DNA from: Guillardia theta CCMP2712
Taxonomy: Eukaryota > Protista > Cryptophyta
Assembly: GCF_000315625.1 (NCBI RefSeq)
Contig: NW_005434670.1
Span: 1,211,966-1,275,965, forward strand
Length of the DNA stretch: 64,000 nucleotides
Reading direction: 5' to 3'
The translations under genes and the position numbers were made by a program. Below are positions 1 to 11,800 of the stretch, piece after piece. The notes beneath the pieces are model-generated. The model saw only the letters and a list, made by a program, of their open reading frames with translations. It ran no database searches and was not told the origin of the DNA. Position 1 is the stretch's first letter; each line of letters opens with the position of its first letter.

Positions 1-585
1 TGATGAGGACGAGATCAAGAATTGATCTTGTATCCATTCGAAACCACGGGGACAGACTAAATCAACTCACATCGTCATGGTTTTCATGCCTTTGATTTTT
101 CGAATGTAACAGAGTTGTAGGGAAGTGTACAGAGAAGAGGGAAGAAAGATGATCTCATGAAATCTGTTTTACACTGGTGAGACTTGACCATCAGTCACAT
201 GCCGTCAACACCATAAACGCTGAATTTTCGTAATCGATCCATGATTAATCAACATATAGTTATCTCATCTAGGTTTTGGTTATCACTTCAGATAAAACTT
301 TCGGAAGGATGCTGCATAACTTTTCCTGTCCAATGTACCTCAGCCAATCAACCAGTTCTTGAATTTTAACCTCTCTGTGCGGGACCTTTCTCCTTCCAAT
401 CGGTATGCTTCTCATCTTTTCAACCGGAGAAGGTCATATCCTTGTGCTTCGCTCCAGCAATCGCCACAGCCTATCTTCCTCCACATCACGATGCCTTGTG
501 CTCCTCAACACTCTGCTTCAGCACATCTGCACTCGCATCTTTCTCGAACCATCCTCTTCCTCCAATCATCTCTTTTCCAAGGCAG

Positions 586-1941
586 CTATAGACTTTTCTG
601 TTTCCAGGCAATTACATTCAAGCTGATGGGGATCCCAAGGAAACGCTGCGAACTCCTTCAGCCTTTTGTGTAAATTGATAGAGAAATAGTACCATCTTGC
701 TGGTGTCGTTGAACAATTCGAAGTTCTCCACCTGAGATCTGCCATCATCTTCTCCCGAACTTTTCTCCAACAATATCGATCTGACCTGCTCAACGTCTAA
801 AAAACCCGCAGACCTGAGAAAGCTCTCGAGGATCCCCCGGTCGAAACCTACCTGACAGGACATCATGCACGAGTCTTCTCAATCCTACACACCTTGTGAA
901 AGTCCCAGGCATCCATCTGCCCCCCGTAGATCATGCGCATCACTTGCCATCTGCAGCTATTCAGTTCTTGTCCTTTTCCACATGCTATACCTGACGGGGT
1001 TGACGCCGCTCGGAACAATGCTTTGATCGTAGTAGGAGATGGCAGGAGGGTTGGCGAAGAGCGAGCAAAGGACGGAGAGGTCGGGTACACTACACTTAAA
1101 GCAGCCGCCAGGAACGAGGATTCTGAACCAGAGGAAGGAAACAATCAGGTGAGAGAGGTAAGGGGCAAGCATGCTCATGGAAACGAAAAGGGCAGGAAGA
1201 CTGTACCTGTGAACCTCCCTGAGAGCGGAGAGAAGTTGTCCACATGAATTGTACCCCAGGTGCTCGAAACAGTGGCTGGAGTAGACCTGGCAAGGATGAG
1301 CGAGCGGTGGCAGGGAGGTTGCAATCAAACTTCTTGCACTGTCGCACTGGGGATGAAAGACAAGTCTGTACAGGAGCCGACAATGTCCACGTTTGGTCCA
1401 GGCACTGTGTTGAGGATGCTCCATCCTTTGCGTTGCTCTACCCCTCCCACATGCAACCTAGTGATCCTTGGAGATCCTGTTGCATCCAGACTGCCTGCAT
1501 GCTGAAGCAACAGAGCATGAGAGGCAAGCAAGGATACCTGCCTTCTCGTAGCACCTGAATCAACTTGTTCGAGACTTCGCCCCCTCCTTCTCTCGTTGGC
1601 TCTGATTCAACCTGAAGTTTGACCTTCCCCTCGAGATACTTCACTAGCAAATCCCCTGCAGCTCCTTCAGCACAGCAACCTCTGCCTCGACCGCCTGCGC
1701 CTCATGGCGCACACTTTCCTGCCTCTTCTGTATCATTGATCCATGACCTCAACATCTCCTCGCATGTTTGCAACCCCGCGACCTGCAAGATTAAAAGGAA
1801 CTTCATCAAACTCTAACTCCAAATCCCTTCCAGCATCCAGCATGCAACCCTTTACAATCTTTCCCTTCATCCCTTCCCTCCTTCCGTCCCTTCCGTCCTT
1901 TCCGTCCCTTCCGTCACTCCCTTCCTCCTTACCCGCGCCAT
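586..1941 (-). CDS. Multi-exon SAM-dependent methyltransferase (COG4627 / Methyltransf_11-like)
   Basis: Exons joined across GT-AG introns read RLHVGGVEQRKGWSILNTVPGPNVDIVGSCTDLSF..YSSHCFEHLGY..LREVHRILVPGGCFKCSVPDL..VMRMIYGGQMDAWDFHKVGF..FLRSAGF..FELFNDTS..GIPISLNVIAWKQKSL* (stop 586-588). The start at 1941 is tentative. Confidence 0.75.
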
Positions 1942-2859
1942 GGCAAGAAGATCAACCCCACGATGCTGCAGGGTTGCTTGCATTTTTGGTGGGTGGAACC
2001 ACTTCCGACTTTAAAAAAGCGGATTGCTAACCCGCCTCAGAGGGGTGAACTTGTACTCACTGGTTGGTCGGACCCCGGCGGCGCCAGTGCGCGGCAGTGA
2101 CTCAGGACCGTCGACTCGGCGGCGAGTCGCCGGCCGGGAGGCGGATTGCATGGGTTAATCCTGGACTATATCTGAATGATCAGTGAATCGTGTGCGTGAG
2201 CCTGTGAGCGAGTCACTGCGAGTGAGATGATACAGTTTTTACTTGAAGCTTTACTCGAAGGTAAACTGAGTTACCCTGATATCATTCGCGTTAGCTTACA
2301 AGTTATGAGGCTTCATTAATGACTTACGACTAGCCTGAGTTTCATGCCTTCATGCCTTGATTACATGATTCAGTGATTCATTACCACTCAGTGATCCGAC
2401 AGGCCTTTCAATCATAATCGAAGCCATGATCAACGATCGATTGATGTTGCCATTCTTCAAGTAGCTTTGCTTGTATGTGCGCAGGATGAGAGACGGGTTG
2501 ATCTACCATGAGTGATGAGGCAGGGAAAAAAGCTTTTAGGGCGAAAACATTATTGTTTCTCAGATCCATCATCAGGTTTATTCCCCAGGTAAGTTTCTTT
2601 TGACTTAGATGCTATCATGCTTTGCATCATCACAGCGTTGTCTCCTAGGTAGAATGACTGACGGATGGTAGAATCAGCAACAGGGGAGGAGAGGGAGGAT
2701 GGTATAGGATCAACACTAATTGTTAACACTCCTCTACATGTTCAATAGCCCTCCCTTCCTTTGGATTTGTGTCAATGACCCGAGCATCTCGCATGTGAAC
2801 AATGCTCTTTCACAGCATCGGTGATAACATGGAGAAACATGTGCAGCACTTTAAGCCGT

Positions 2860-3263
2860 TCATTCTTCTCCTGCCGTCGCCATGAGCCACACGAAAGCGG
2901 CCATGAAAGCTGCTGCAAGAACCACAATGACGATGACGACAGTTATGCTAACCTGCAAGAGAATATCGAATCAGTGAGACACCAACAAGAGGAATCTTAT
3001 CGCTCAAGCAAATTTGATATATGAACCAACTCACGGCAAGCCAAATAGCGGGCAACAGCAGGCCTATGTCACGGCAACAAGAATGTTAAAATCACCTTTG
3101 GCACAATCTCCTGCTTCCCAGCCTTGAGAGTTTTCCGCTCCTTCTTTCCTACCGAGTAGTTGAACTTTCCTGACTTCTCTTTGATCTGACGGTTCACATC
3201 GAAGCGCTTCTTGCTCCCCGTGTCCGGCGCTCGTACGCCACTGTCATTCGCTCTCCTCCCCAT
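2860..3263 (-). CDS. Small basic single-pass membrane protein, SMCO4/DUF4519-like (3 exons, ~96 aa)
   Basis: Spliced reading MGRRANDS..NRQIKEKSGKFNYSVGKKERKTLKAGKQEIVPK|ACCCPLFGLP|VSITVVIVIVVLAAAFMAAFVWLMATAGEE*. The RQxK..KKERK..QI pattern plus a C-terminal TM resembles SMCO4 (from recall, not searched). Confidence 0.55.
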
Positions 3264-3678
3264 GGTTTTCCTCTGGCGCCGCCCCTCATCCCCACCTCGT
3301 GCTTGCCTGAGTTCCCTCTGGCCGGGCGCCGCGGCCGAGTTCCCTCAGTGGAGTTCCGACGAACCGGGTTCCAAGTTCCGAGCCTCGGAGGCTCCCGGCC
3401 CGCCTCGGAACCGAACGGTCTGTCCTGGAGTTCCTCCCCGGGAATCCGAAGGAGCTGCTCCAGGATCGGACTGAGTTCAACAGTTCCTCCGCCGGAGAGT
3501 CCCCGGAGTCCCGGAGTCACAGTTGTGACGACGGTCACAATTCAAGTTGACGGTTCAAGGGCCGGGCCGTTCGACGTCCGTAGTAACCCGGCTAAGTAAA
3601 CTTGAGTCGCCGTATCAAGCGAACACTTTTTTACACTACCACAGTGAAAACTAAATAGTGAAGCAGTCTACAAACGGA

Positions 3679-5039
3679 TCAAACTACTTCGAACTTCCCT
3701 GGAATTAATCCGTGCGGGAGAAATCGAGGATCGATAAAGGGATGGGACTTGAAGACAGACCTCCAGTGATCCTTCTGTTTGCTGGTCGGATCTTGTTTCT
3801 GCAACACGATCAAGACCTGTCAGCCCAACTTTCAGCAACTTCATGTGTCAGGTTGGCTACTATCGAGAGCAAACAAGTTCGGCATCAGAAGCATTGGCAA
3901 CCTTGTTTTTCTTGTCTTTTTTGTCATGGTGCAAGATCCACGCAATCTACAACATGGTAAGCTCTGTCGAAATAACGAAAGTCTATGATACATCAGTGTG
4001 CGAGACAGGTTTTGTGAACTCGCCGGCCAAGAGAATCTGGTAGCACATGACCATCCACATGGCAGTATTGCAACAGATGTAAACCTTATTCTCGCCCATT
4101 CCTTTGTCAGAGACGCATAGACCGAGAGGCTTGCAGTCGACCACAATGTCCTTGGGTCTTGCGTCTGCTCGACATTCCAAGCATAGCTACAGCAGCCACA
4201 GCGTGTGAGCGATTACTAACTCCTCCTCCTCCCCCCTCCCTCCCATATGTTACTTGAATCTCTTGCGAGTTCTGACGCCAAATGTAACCAGGTCCACTGC
4301 CTCCATTCTGCACAGGTTCTTGTCTTGTCTCAAACTCGCCAGTTGTCCAACTAGCCAACGGGTTACTGACAATTCTGGCAGAAAGCTTTCAAACACCTCG
4401 AGGTCCCTTTACTGTTGAATATTCTGACCCGAAATCTGTATCTTGTTGCCTGTACTGAGTCATCACATCATTGACATCACTGGATATAGAAGCACCTGGA
4501 CAAGATCCTTGCAATCATATTTACATTCTTCCCCTCGATAAGACTCCTCCCACATCGCATCGAGTATGTCAGTGTTTGCATTCAAATCTTTGCAAATCTG
4601 TTTAACGATACTTCAAAACCATGAAAGCCGGTGGAGCTCGACAAACCTGGAGCTCATACATGTTTTCTATCCATCTGCATGCTTTCTGTGCTTCCCAATT
4701 TAAAATGATCCTATCACTTTGGGTTTGAATTATTGTGAATTTCACTCTCGTATTCGTTGGTGGGCTGACAAGCGTCTCATTGAAGAGCGTCTTATCAACC
4801 ATTACGGCGAGAGAAACAAACTTAGAGAAGGCCCATTGAGCGATGCGGAAGAACGGCCCTTCCTTGCTTATCCTCCAATACTTCCTCAGAAGTTTCCTTC
4901 CTCTCTTGAACATCATGGCGGATCCTATGAGGGTGATGAAGGTGCAGATGTGTGCATAGAAGAGGATGGATAGAAGCCGGGTCAGCGACTTCGGGTCCAT
5001 GCCGAGCATGGCGCCAAGCCAGGTGACCATGTCCGTCAT
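3679..5039 (-). CDS. Membrane-anchored FN3-like + CS (p23/NudC-like) domain protein, multi-exon
   Basis: N-terminal hydrophobic segment LLSILFYAHICTFITLIGSAMM; FN3-like SDRIILNWEAQ..YELQV; NudC-like NGGSGPGYIWRQNSQEIQV..DIVVDCKPLGLCV..ILLAGEFTKPV..LIVLQKQD..HWRSVFKSHPFIDP; stop at 3679-3681. Confidence 0.6.
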
Positions 5040-5601
5040 CGCTACTGCATCCTTCCAGAAAGTCTTCAGCTCCTTCAACAAAAAAACGCGAAAACAATAG
5101 AAATTTAGTGCATCAGTGCTATTGGATGTGGGTCAGGACAATAAAGTGTCTTATATAATGATTTTAATATGTAGTTTGCTATTTTTAAACGGAGGGGCAC
5201 GGATCATGTTCACCAGTCGCACCTCAATCCTGTTCCCGTTTCATCCCTCAGCTCTGTCCTCTCTTCTCTCGCTGCCTACCTGATCTCCTCGCTCCCCTGC
5301 TGTCCTTCGCTACCTTTGTCAGCTCGAGTTGTAGTAACAGCAGCATCTTGAGCAGTTGTGCCTTCATGGGCATCCATTTGGTGCTGTTCTATGTGACCCG
5401 ATTCTGATACCTTCACGTCTCACGTGCCTAGCAGAAAGATCAGCGCTTGATGCTCTTACTTGACCTGGTCGTGGTTCTGACTTGTGCCATCCAGGACCCT
5501 TCCACCATCTCCGCTGCATTCTCTCACGTTCGTATCCTGTACGAGAGTGGAAGTGATTAGCTAAGAAGGATCGATAGGGTAAGATCATTGAAGTAGCCAA
5601 C

Positions 5602-7912
5602 ATGGAGGCAGGACTCTCCTACCATCTAGTGCGACTGGTGCGCGCATACTGTGGAAGGAGAGGCCGTGAAGAGGCTCTTGCAGCTTGCAGTCAACACAAA
5701 GTGAAACCTCGCCCAGATCCTGTCATAGCAGCCTTCGGTTCAGAAACAAGCACAGACAGCGACTTGAAAGACCTTGGAGAGCACCGCATCAGCATCATTG
5801 AAAGTGGAGTTGCTGATGGAGTAAGGATCGTATTTGATAACCAGGAGGAGAACCTTTCGCAGATGGTTGATGCTTCTCTAAACGCAATTGGCTCAACTTG
5901 CTGTGACATGTAACTCAAACACCTCCAAGCTTTGCCTCTGTAACCGTGATTGACAGTGAAAAATTTCACATATCTACCCTTGCATTCCTCAGCGGATGTT
6001 TCTGGTCATCCTGGATGCTGAATCTTTCATCGATGGCCGAACGATCACTGATAGTGTTGAATCAAAGCTTTCACAGGTTCTTTGCTCGAACTTTTCAAAG
6101 GTTGTACTGACAACCGCCAAACTCGAAAGATCTCATTGGCGTCATGATAAATGGTTGGGTGCGAATCTTGGTGGATGGTTTCTGTTGGAGCCAGGACCAG
6201 GTTGAATTTGTTCGTTGTTGCTTCTGGTTGAGTCCTGCCGTCCAACAGCCTCGCCGTTGTTCGAAGACTGTCAAGAAATGTTGAAATCACGAGGAGAAGA
6301 AAAGGCTTCGTGTGGTTGTGAATGGTCCCTGTGTAGTTGTCTGGACAAGGTGGAGAAGGGTGTCAAATCTGAAGTGAGACCAGCGATCGATGTGTCTCTC
6401 CTTGATGGCATCGATGATTGCATAACATCTTGCACGTTTCAATGTCTGACCTGCCTGTCTGCTTCACATGTCATTCTTCGTCGCTGCCTCATTTTCTCTC
6501 ATGAATGTTTATTTTTTGCAGGTGCTTCGAAAGCACAGGAAAAATCATTTCGACGCATCCACGTTCAAGAAGATAGCAGACCATGGGCTGAATGCTGTCA
6601 GGATTCCCTTTGGCTACTGGATCGTTACGGGGCCTACGAATGCAGATGTCTACGATGGCCCGGCGTTAGATCAGCTTGACGAAGCCGTGAAAATGGCAAG
6701 AACGTGCAACCTTCAGGTATTTACAGATCGCAGGTTGCCATCTTGACGAAGGTGACCTCGATTAAGGTTGTGCTTGATCTTCATGGCAACCCTGGGGGAG
6801 AGAATGGACTTCGACCTTGTGGGCGAGAGAAACAAGATTGGACATGGAAAGAGTGGAGGCAAGAAGAGGCTCTGTAAGATTGATCTCAAGGAAGCTTGAG
6901 TTGACGACGGTCTGTCTTTGCTACAGGGAGTGTTTGCGACAAGTCGTTGTGAGATACAGGGGCTTTGATAACGTTACTGGAATTCAAGTGATTAATTTAT
7001 TGCTGCCTTACCTCGAATTTGACATTTGGAAAGGTCTGCAATGAGCCTTCGCCTGCTATTCCTTCTAACGTCTTGTGCGACTTCTATGAGGAGGTTGTTG
7101 GCTTCTAGGAGAGTAGAGATGTTCATCGTTGTCTGCAGTCAATTAGGGTTGTCCGTGAGGCTGGAATGTCTCCACATGATGTTTGCATCATTCTCCCCAT
7201 CTTTACTCAGTGGCGCATACGAGAAATTTCGAGGCTGTGGCTGGAACGTGGAAATATTCACAGATACGACAACGTTGCATGGGATATTCATTTTTATCAC
7301 GGTGAAATCAATCATTTCCTCCTCCCTCTTATCCATCGCAGATTTTCATTCTGCCTGGTCGCTGCTAAGCCACGAACAAGTAAGGGATTTCCGCTTTCAT
7401 TTTCAAGCTTTGACATGCTTTTTCTCCTGTGAACCTGTACCTCCCACCGTAATTTGCTTGCACCTTCTTGTATGAGCTCAGCATGTCGCAGTGCTGCAGG
7501 ATGAAGCAAGGGAGCTGACGCATCTTCATGCTGCGATGGTCGGAGAATGGTCAGCCTCGCGCCCAGGACCGTACCCGGAGGAGGAAGTCAAGGACTTTGT
7601 GATGCAGCAGGTTCTCGCGTATAATCACTCGTCGCACGGATGGTTTTTTTGGAATTGGCACGACTATTCCGTAACACATACCACTAACGTACGCTTGGTT
7701 AACTTTCAACACCAGTTTTATGACAAGTGGGATATGGAAAATGGCGTGATTGGCAACGGAAGATTGCCGAGATCTTTATCAGAACTGAAATCACAGTCTG
7801 CACAGCGTTTCTTGAGTCTTCAAGACTTGTGACTTATGACACAGATGCCTTGTTTCTGCATGGAGAGAGTCTCCCTTCAGCGTCCCAACTTCAGCTCCGT
7901 CGGTTTGTCTGA
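5602..7912 (+). CDS. Glycoside hydrolase family 5 (exo-1,3-beta-glucanase-like), multi-exon, with N-terminal extension
   Basis: Motifs GANLGGWFLLEP, GLNAVRIPFGYW, VVLDLHGNPG, NEP (acid/base), MVGEWS (nucleophile) and GWFFWNW. Both ends are approximate and the gene may start further upstream. Confidence 0.8.
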
Positions 7913-8486
7913 TTCGTGCTCCCTGAATCCTTTGTCTGACTCTCTCCACCTCCTTTGCCCAAGCACTTCTCCGTATTGTCTTCCATTTCTTCCACCTCCT
8001 TTCCCTTCTCATCTTTTGCTTTGTGTGCATGTGTTGACATGGTTCTTCGGCAGGGCAGTCTCGCCATGCTCGTCTCCTGGATTGGCCGATCTGTCGGAAA
8101 CCCTTTAGTTGCATTGTACGACGGAGGGTTTGCTGCATCCTTCCTGTCATGGCGATCGGCCTTCTCCTGAGAAACAGAGGGTTTGCAACCTGAGGCCCAA
8201 TAGAAACAACGTGATTGAATCGAAATAGTCCTTGAGTGACATTCCAGAGAACAGAGGAGAACGAGTTGCGACTCGATCTTGTCACTACCAGTTATCGCAC
8301 TCAGGTAAAAGCGCTCCGGCGCTCATGTTCAGCAGCATGTCATGCAACCCTGCTGATGTGAAGGAAGCAAGAAGCATACCCTATCATTTCAGTGATCTTC
8401 CCCTTCGGTTTCGCAAAAAAAATGCCTTTTGTAGTGGATGATTGTCCTCGTACGGACGATCAAGTTGTTGTTTGTCGCGTCAATCA

Positions 8487-8875
8487 TGATGTTGCACCCG
8501 CATGACGTTACGTCAGTAACGGACATGGCAGCATCATGCGAGTAGTCGCAAGAGGCTACGTACGCTGGCGAGGTGTATAATGCTAGAATCGAAGATGTGT
8601 ACTGGACGTAGACGTACGTACAACACATTGGTATGATGAAAGCATGAGGCTGGTATAAACCGATACACATGTTTACTCATTGCTGTATTACGGGTTAAGC
8701 CTGACCTCGACATATAAGCAACCCATCTTAGACGTTGGCCACGTCATCGGAATGGGATTGCACGAACATTGACGTGTGTTCTCTTACTGCTGTACATAAA
8801 CAAATCTAGCTTCATTGTTCATCTGTTCTACTCCTAAGTGCACTATCGCTCAGTTGCTGGACTATACCCGCATCA
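8487..8875 (+). repeat. 5' LTR of element A (389 bp)
   Basis: Matches 15895-16067 plus 25229-25444; terminal inverted repeat TGATG/CATCA. Confidence 0.96.
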
Positions 8876-8886
8876 GGTTATGAGCC
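8876..8886 (+). promoter_or_regulatory. Primer-binding site GGTTATGAGCC (internal tRNA-iMet, half-tRNA type)
   Basis: Directly abuts the LTR and is complementary to the tRNA-iMet anticodon arm GGCUCAUAACC, as in copia/Ty5. Contains the in-frame ATG at 8880. Confidence 0.88.
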
Positions 8887-11800
8887 TCGCGTTAAAGGAA
8901 CAGATGTCACCATACCGTCTACAATGGCCGCCAATCAATCAGCCTCAGGACTCGATGATTACAGCAGTAACACCCGAGAATATGCAAAGACTTGCCCCAG
9001 ATATCGAGAACTTTATACAGTTCGAGTTGATAGGGCAATACTATGCATACCTCAACTCTGAAGGGAATCCAGAAAACATGAGAGCCTACTTCGATTGTCA
9101 TTTTCCCATCAGAGATACTCAATCAGAAGAATTACAGGAAAACATGAGACAGAAAAGGAGAGAATTTGTACGAGAAGCAGATGCTGCTTTGACGCAAATC
9201 CTCCACACTGTTTACATGCAATGCCCTGGCAGGATTCAGATTCTGAAAGCCCACATGGAAGAAGAACACAAATCCCCCGAGACGCCTACAAAGCTTTGCT
9301 TAGCTGGGATCAAGGCATGGACAGACTTTAAAAGACTAGACAAGCCAACCGAAGCAACAAAAGCTGAACAGACCCTTGCCAATCTCAAAGAACTAGAGCA
9401 AGCAGTAATCTACAACGGAGACTACCAGAGTTACATCCCCAATGTGGTTAGGACCTTGAAGAAATTTGCTTCACAAGGCAAAGACTGCACTTTTATCTAC
9501 ACCCGTGCTTTCAAAGACGTTATCGACAACCTCAGAGCAATCGACGAAACGGGCGTTCAAGCAGAACTAGGTAGTTGGATAACATCTCAAATCCATCGCA
9601 ACGCAACGGAAGAAAATTTCTTCTACGAAGGAGAGCCACAGATTGAAGATTTTTTGAAATTCCATCAACATATGATGAACTTCACTACCAGAGGCACGAA
9701 ACACCCAATACCTATCCTTCAAGCAGGACAAGAAAGCTCTGGCAAGAAATCAACAGAAGCACATCATTCAGGTCAGAAACGAAAGGCGAACGCCGTGTTT
9801 TCAGCCTCCATCAAGCAAAACAATACACCACAGAAAATCAGGAGACAACAACAAGAAAACTTTACTGGATGCAAAATCTGCAAAGAAAAACGACTTCCAG
9901 CAAGGATTTCTCTCAGTCACGCTACCAGCGAGCATGACGCATCTAGGATCGGAGAAAGAGCCACTGGCAATAAAACAGCGCCAACCATGAAGAGGATCAC
10001 AGGAAGCATTTCAACCGGTTTTCAGACAAGGGCAGGAAGATCCGCAAAATTTACCGCCAAGAGTCATCGCTCGTCGAACCCAAACCGTTCAAACGAGGAG
10101 AGCGGACAATACCCGAAGTCAAAATACAAGCAAACAGTCAGCATCGACAAGAAGGTCCTCGTGAACCTCACAAAAGCGCTGCAAGAAGCCACCTCTACCG
10201 ACCAAACCGAAACCCAAGAATCCGTTCAAGAATCACCTAGCAGTGATGAAGACGAATCCGATGAACCGTCCTCATCTCGAACACCTCCGAAACGACTGAA
10301 AGAAGTCGTAAAAGAGACGTTCCGAGGCACACTAGGACGCAGTTCTAGAAAGAATAAATCTCCCAAGGAGTATCCCTGTTCTAAAAATTATGTTGTATAT
10401 CAAAGTGATACCAGGTCGAAAACTGACGAGATCCAACTGCACAAGCTTGATGCAGCTCTGTTCTCAAAAGTTTCAAAACCATGGTACCTTGAATACATCT
10501 TTCATATACCCAGACTACTGATCAGGAACACTGATCGGTATCAAGTTTTCCTACACGCGTTAAAAGCGAAAGAACAACAAGAGTCCCTGTACGCTATTGT
10601 CGACTCAGGTGCAACTGTAAGCGTACTCTGCAATCCAAGTTGGTTACAGAGATCGTTTACACACAAAACTGAGATCACCGGCGTGGGGGGCAGCAAGATC
10701 AATACATCGCTCGGAGGAATTCTAGCAGGAACGATAGCATCAATCGAAGGAAAACGTTTTGCATTTGCAACTATAGCAACAGTAATCAGCGACGAAAATG
10801 CTAAAATCAACCTGTTATCCATCTGGCGAATTACAAATAGTGGTCATACAATAATCCACAAAGGTAAACCAGAAGGAGGACTACACGGAATCATTACACT
10901 CAACAATGAATTTATACCTTTCTACTTCTGCCCAAGCACCTACCTATGGTACGTCGAAATTCAAAGACCAAACAGGAAGACCAATAAGATAATCTCCAAG
11001 CTATCAGCAAAAACCATCTGGGATAAAGACACAATTCTCAGAGAAATTCAAGAAGGCGAAATACCACTCACGGCAACAATCAAGGAGTCAACACAAACGA
11101 CAAATACACAAAGTACATCAAAACGCAGAATCCACCTGATCATCCATGGCGCAAGATTGGAGAGCGTACCTCGTTGGGGGGGAAGCATCCACATCTACCA
11201 AGCTGCGATGCAGGGGGAGAGCACAACTTCGGCAACAGCTTTCAAGCCCACGCACATGAAGACCTTTCCTATCAGCATGCGAGATGTACGACCTGAATTA
11301 GACACGTCAGAAGAGTCAGACAGTGAAAATGGAGAGACCTTGGACAGTTGCAGCAGCTCCGATGACGAGCTGATGACTACTGACAACACTCCATTAGAAC
11401 CTGCAAGACAATTCACGACGGAAGAGATTCAACAGCAAACCAAGGAGTATCTTAACGATCCAAGATCATTTACAGATTTTGACGACTTTACAAACACAAC
11501 GATCGAAGAACTTGACGAAAACGACAAGGAATACGAAGAACAATTGAAGAATGACAAATCAGATCTCAAGAATATTTACCTATATTCAACGGGAGAACGC
11601 ATCAAAGGAACAAGAGCATCAGCGATTCTGCTCAAGTGGCACGTAAGAACCAACCACATCGGCAAGAAATACCTTTTCCAACTGGCAGAAAACATCGAAG
11701 GCATGGAGGAATTGAAGAGAATCAATCCAAAAACACCCCTGCCGACATGTCACACATGCCGCAGAGCGAAAACCAAGGCAGCTCCATTACCAAAATTCAG

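Noticed and set aside
7791-8486. Host gene disrupted by element A
   Set aside because: Joining the flanks across the AATCA target gave no continuous minus-strand frame that I could support. A spliced minus-strand gene may exist here but was not resolved.
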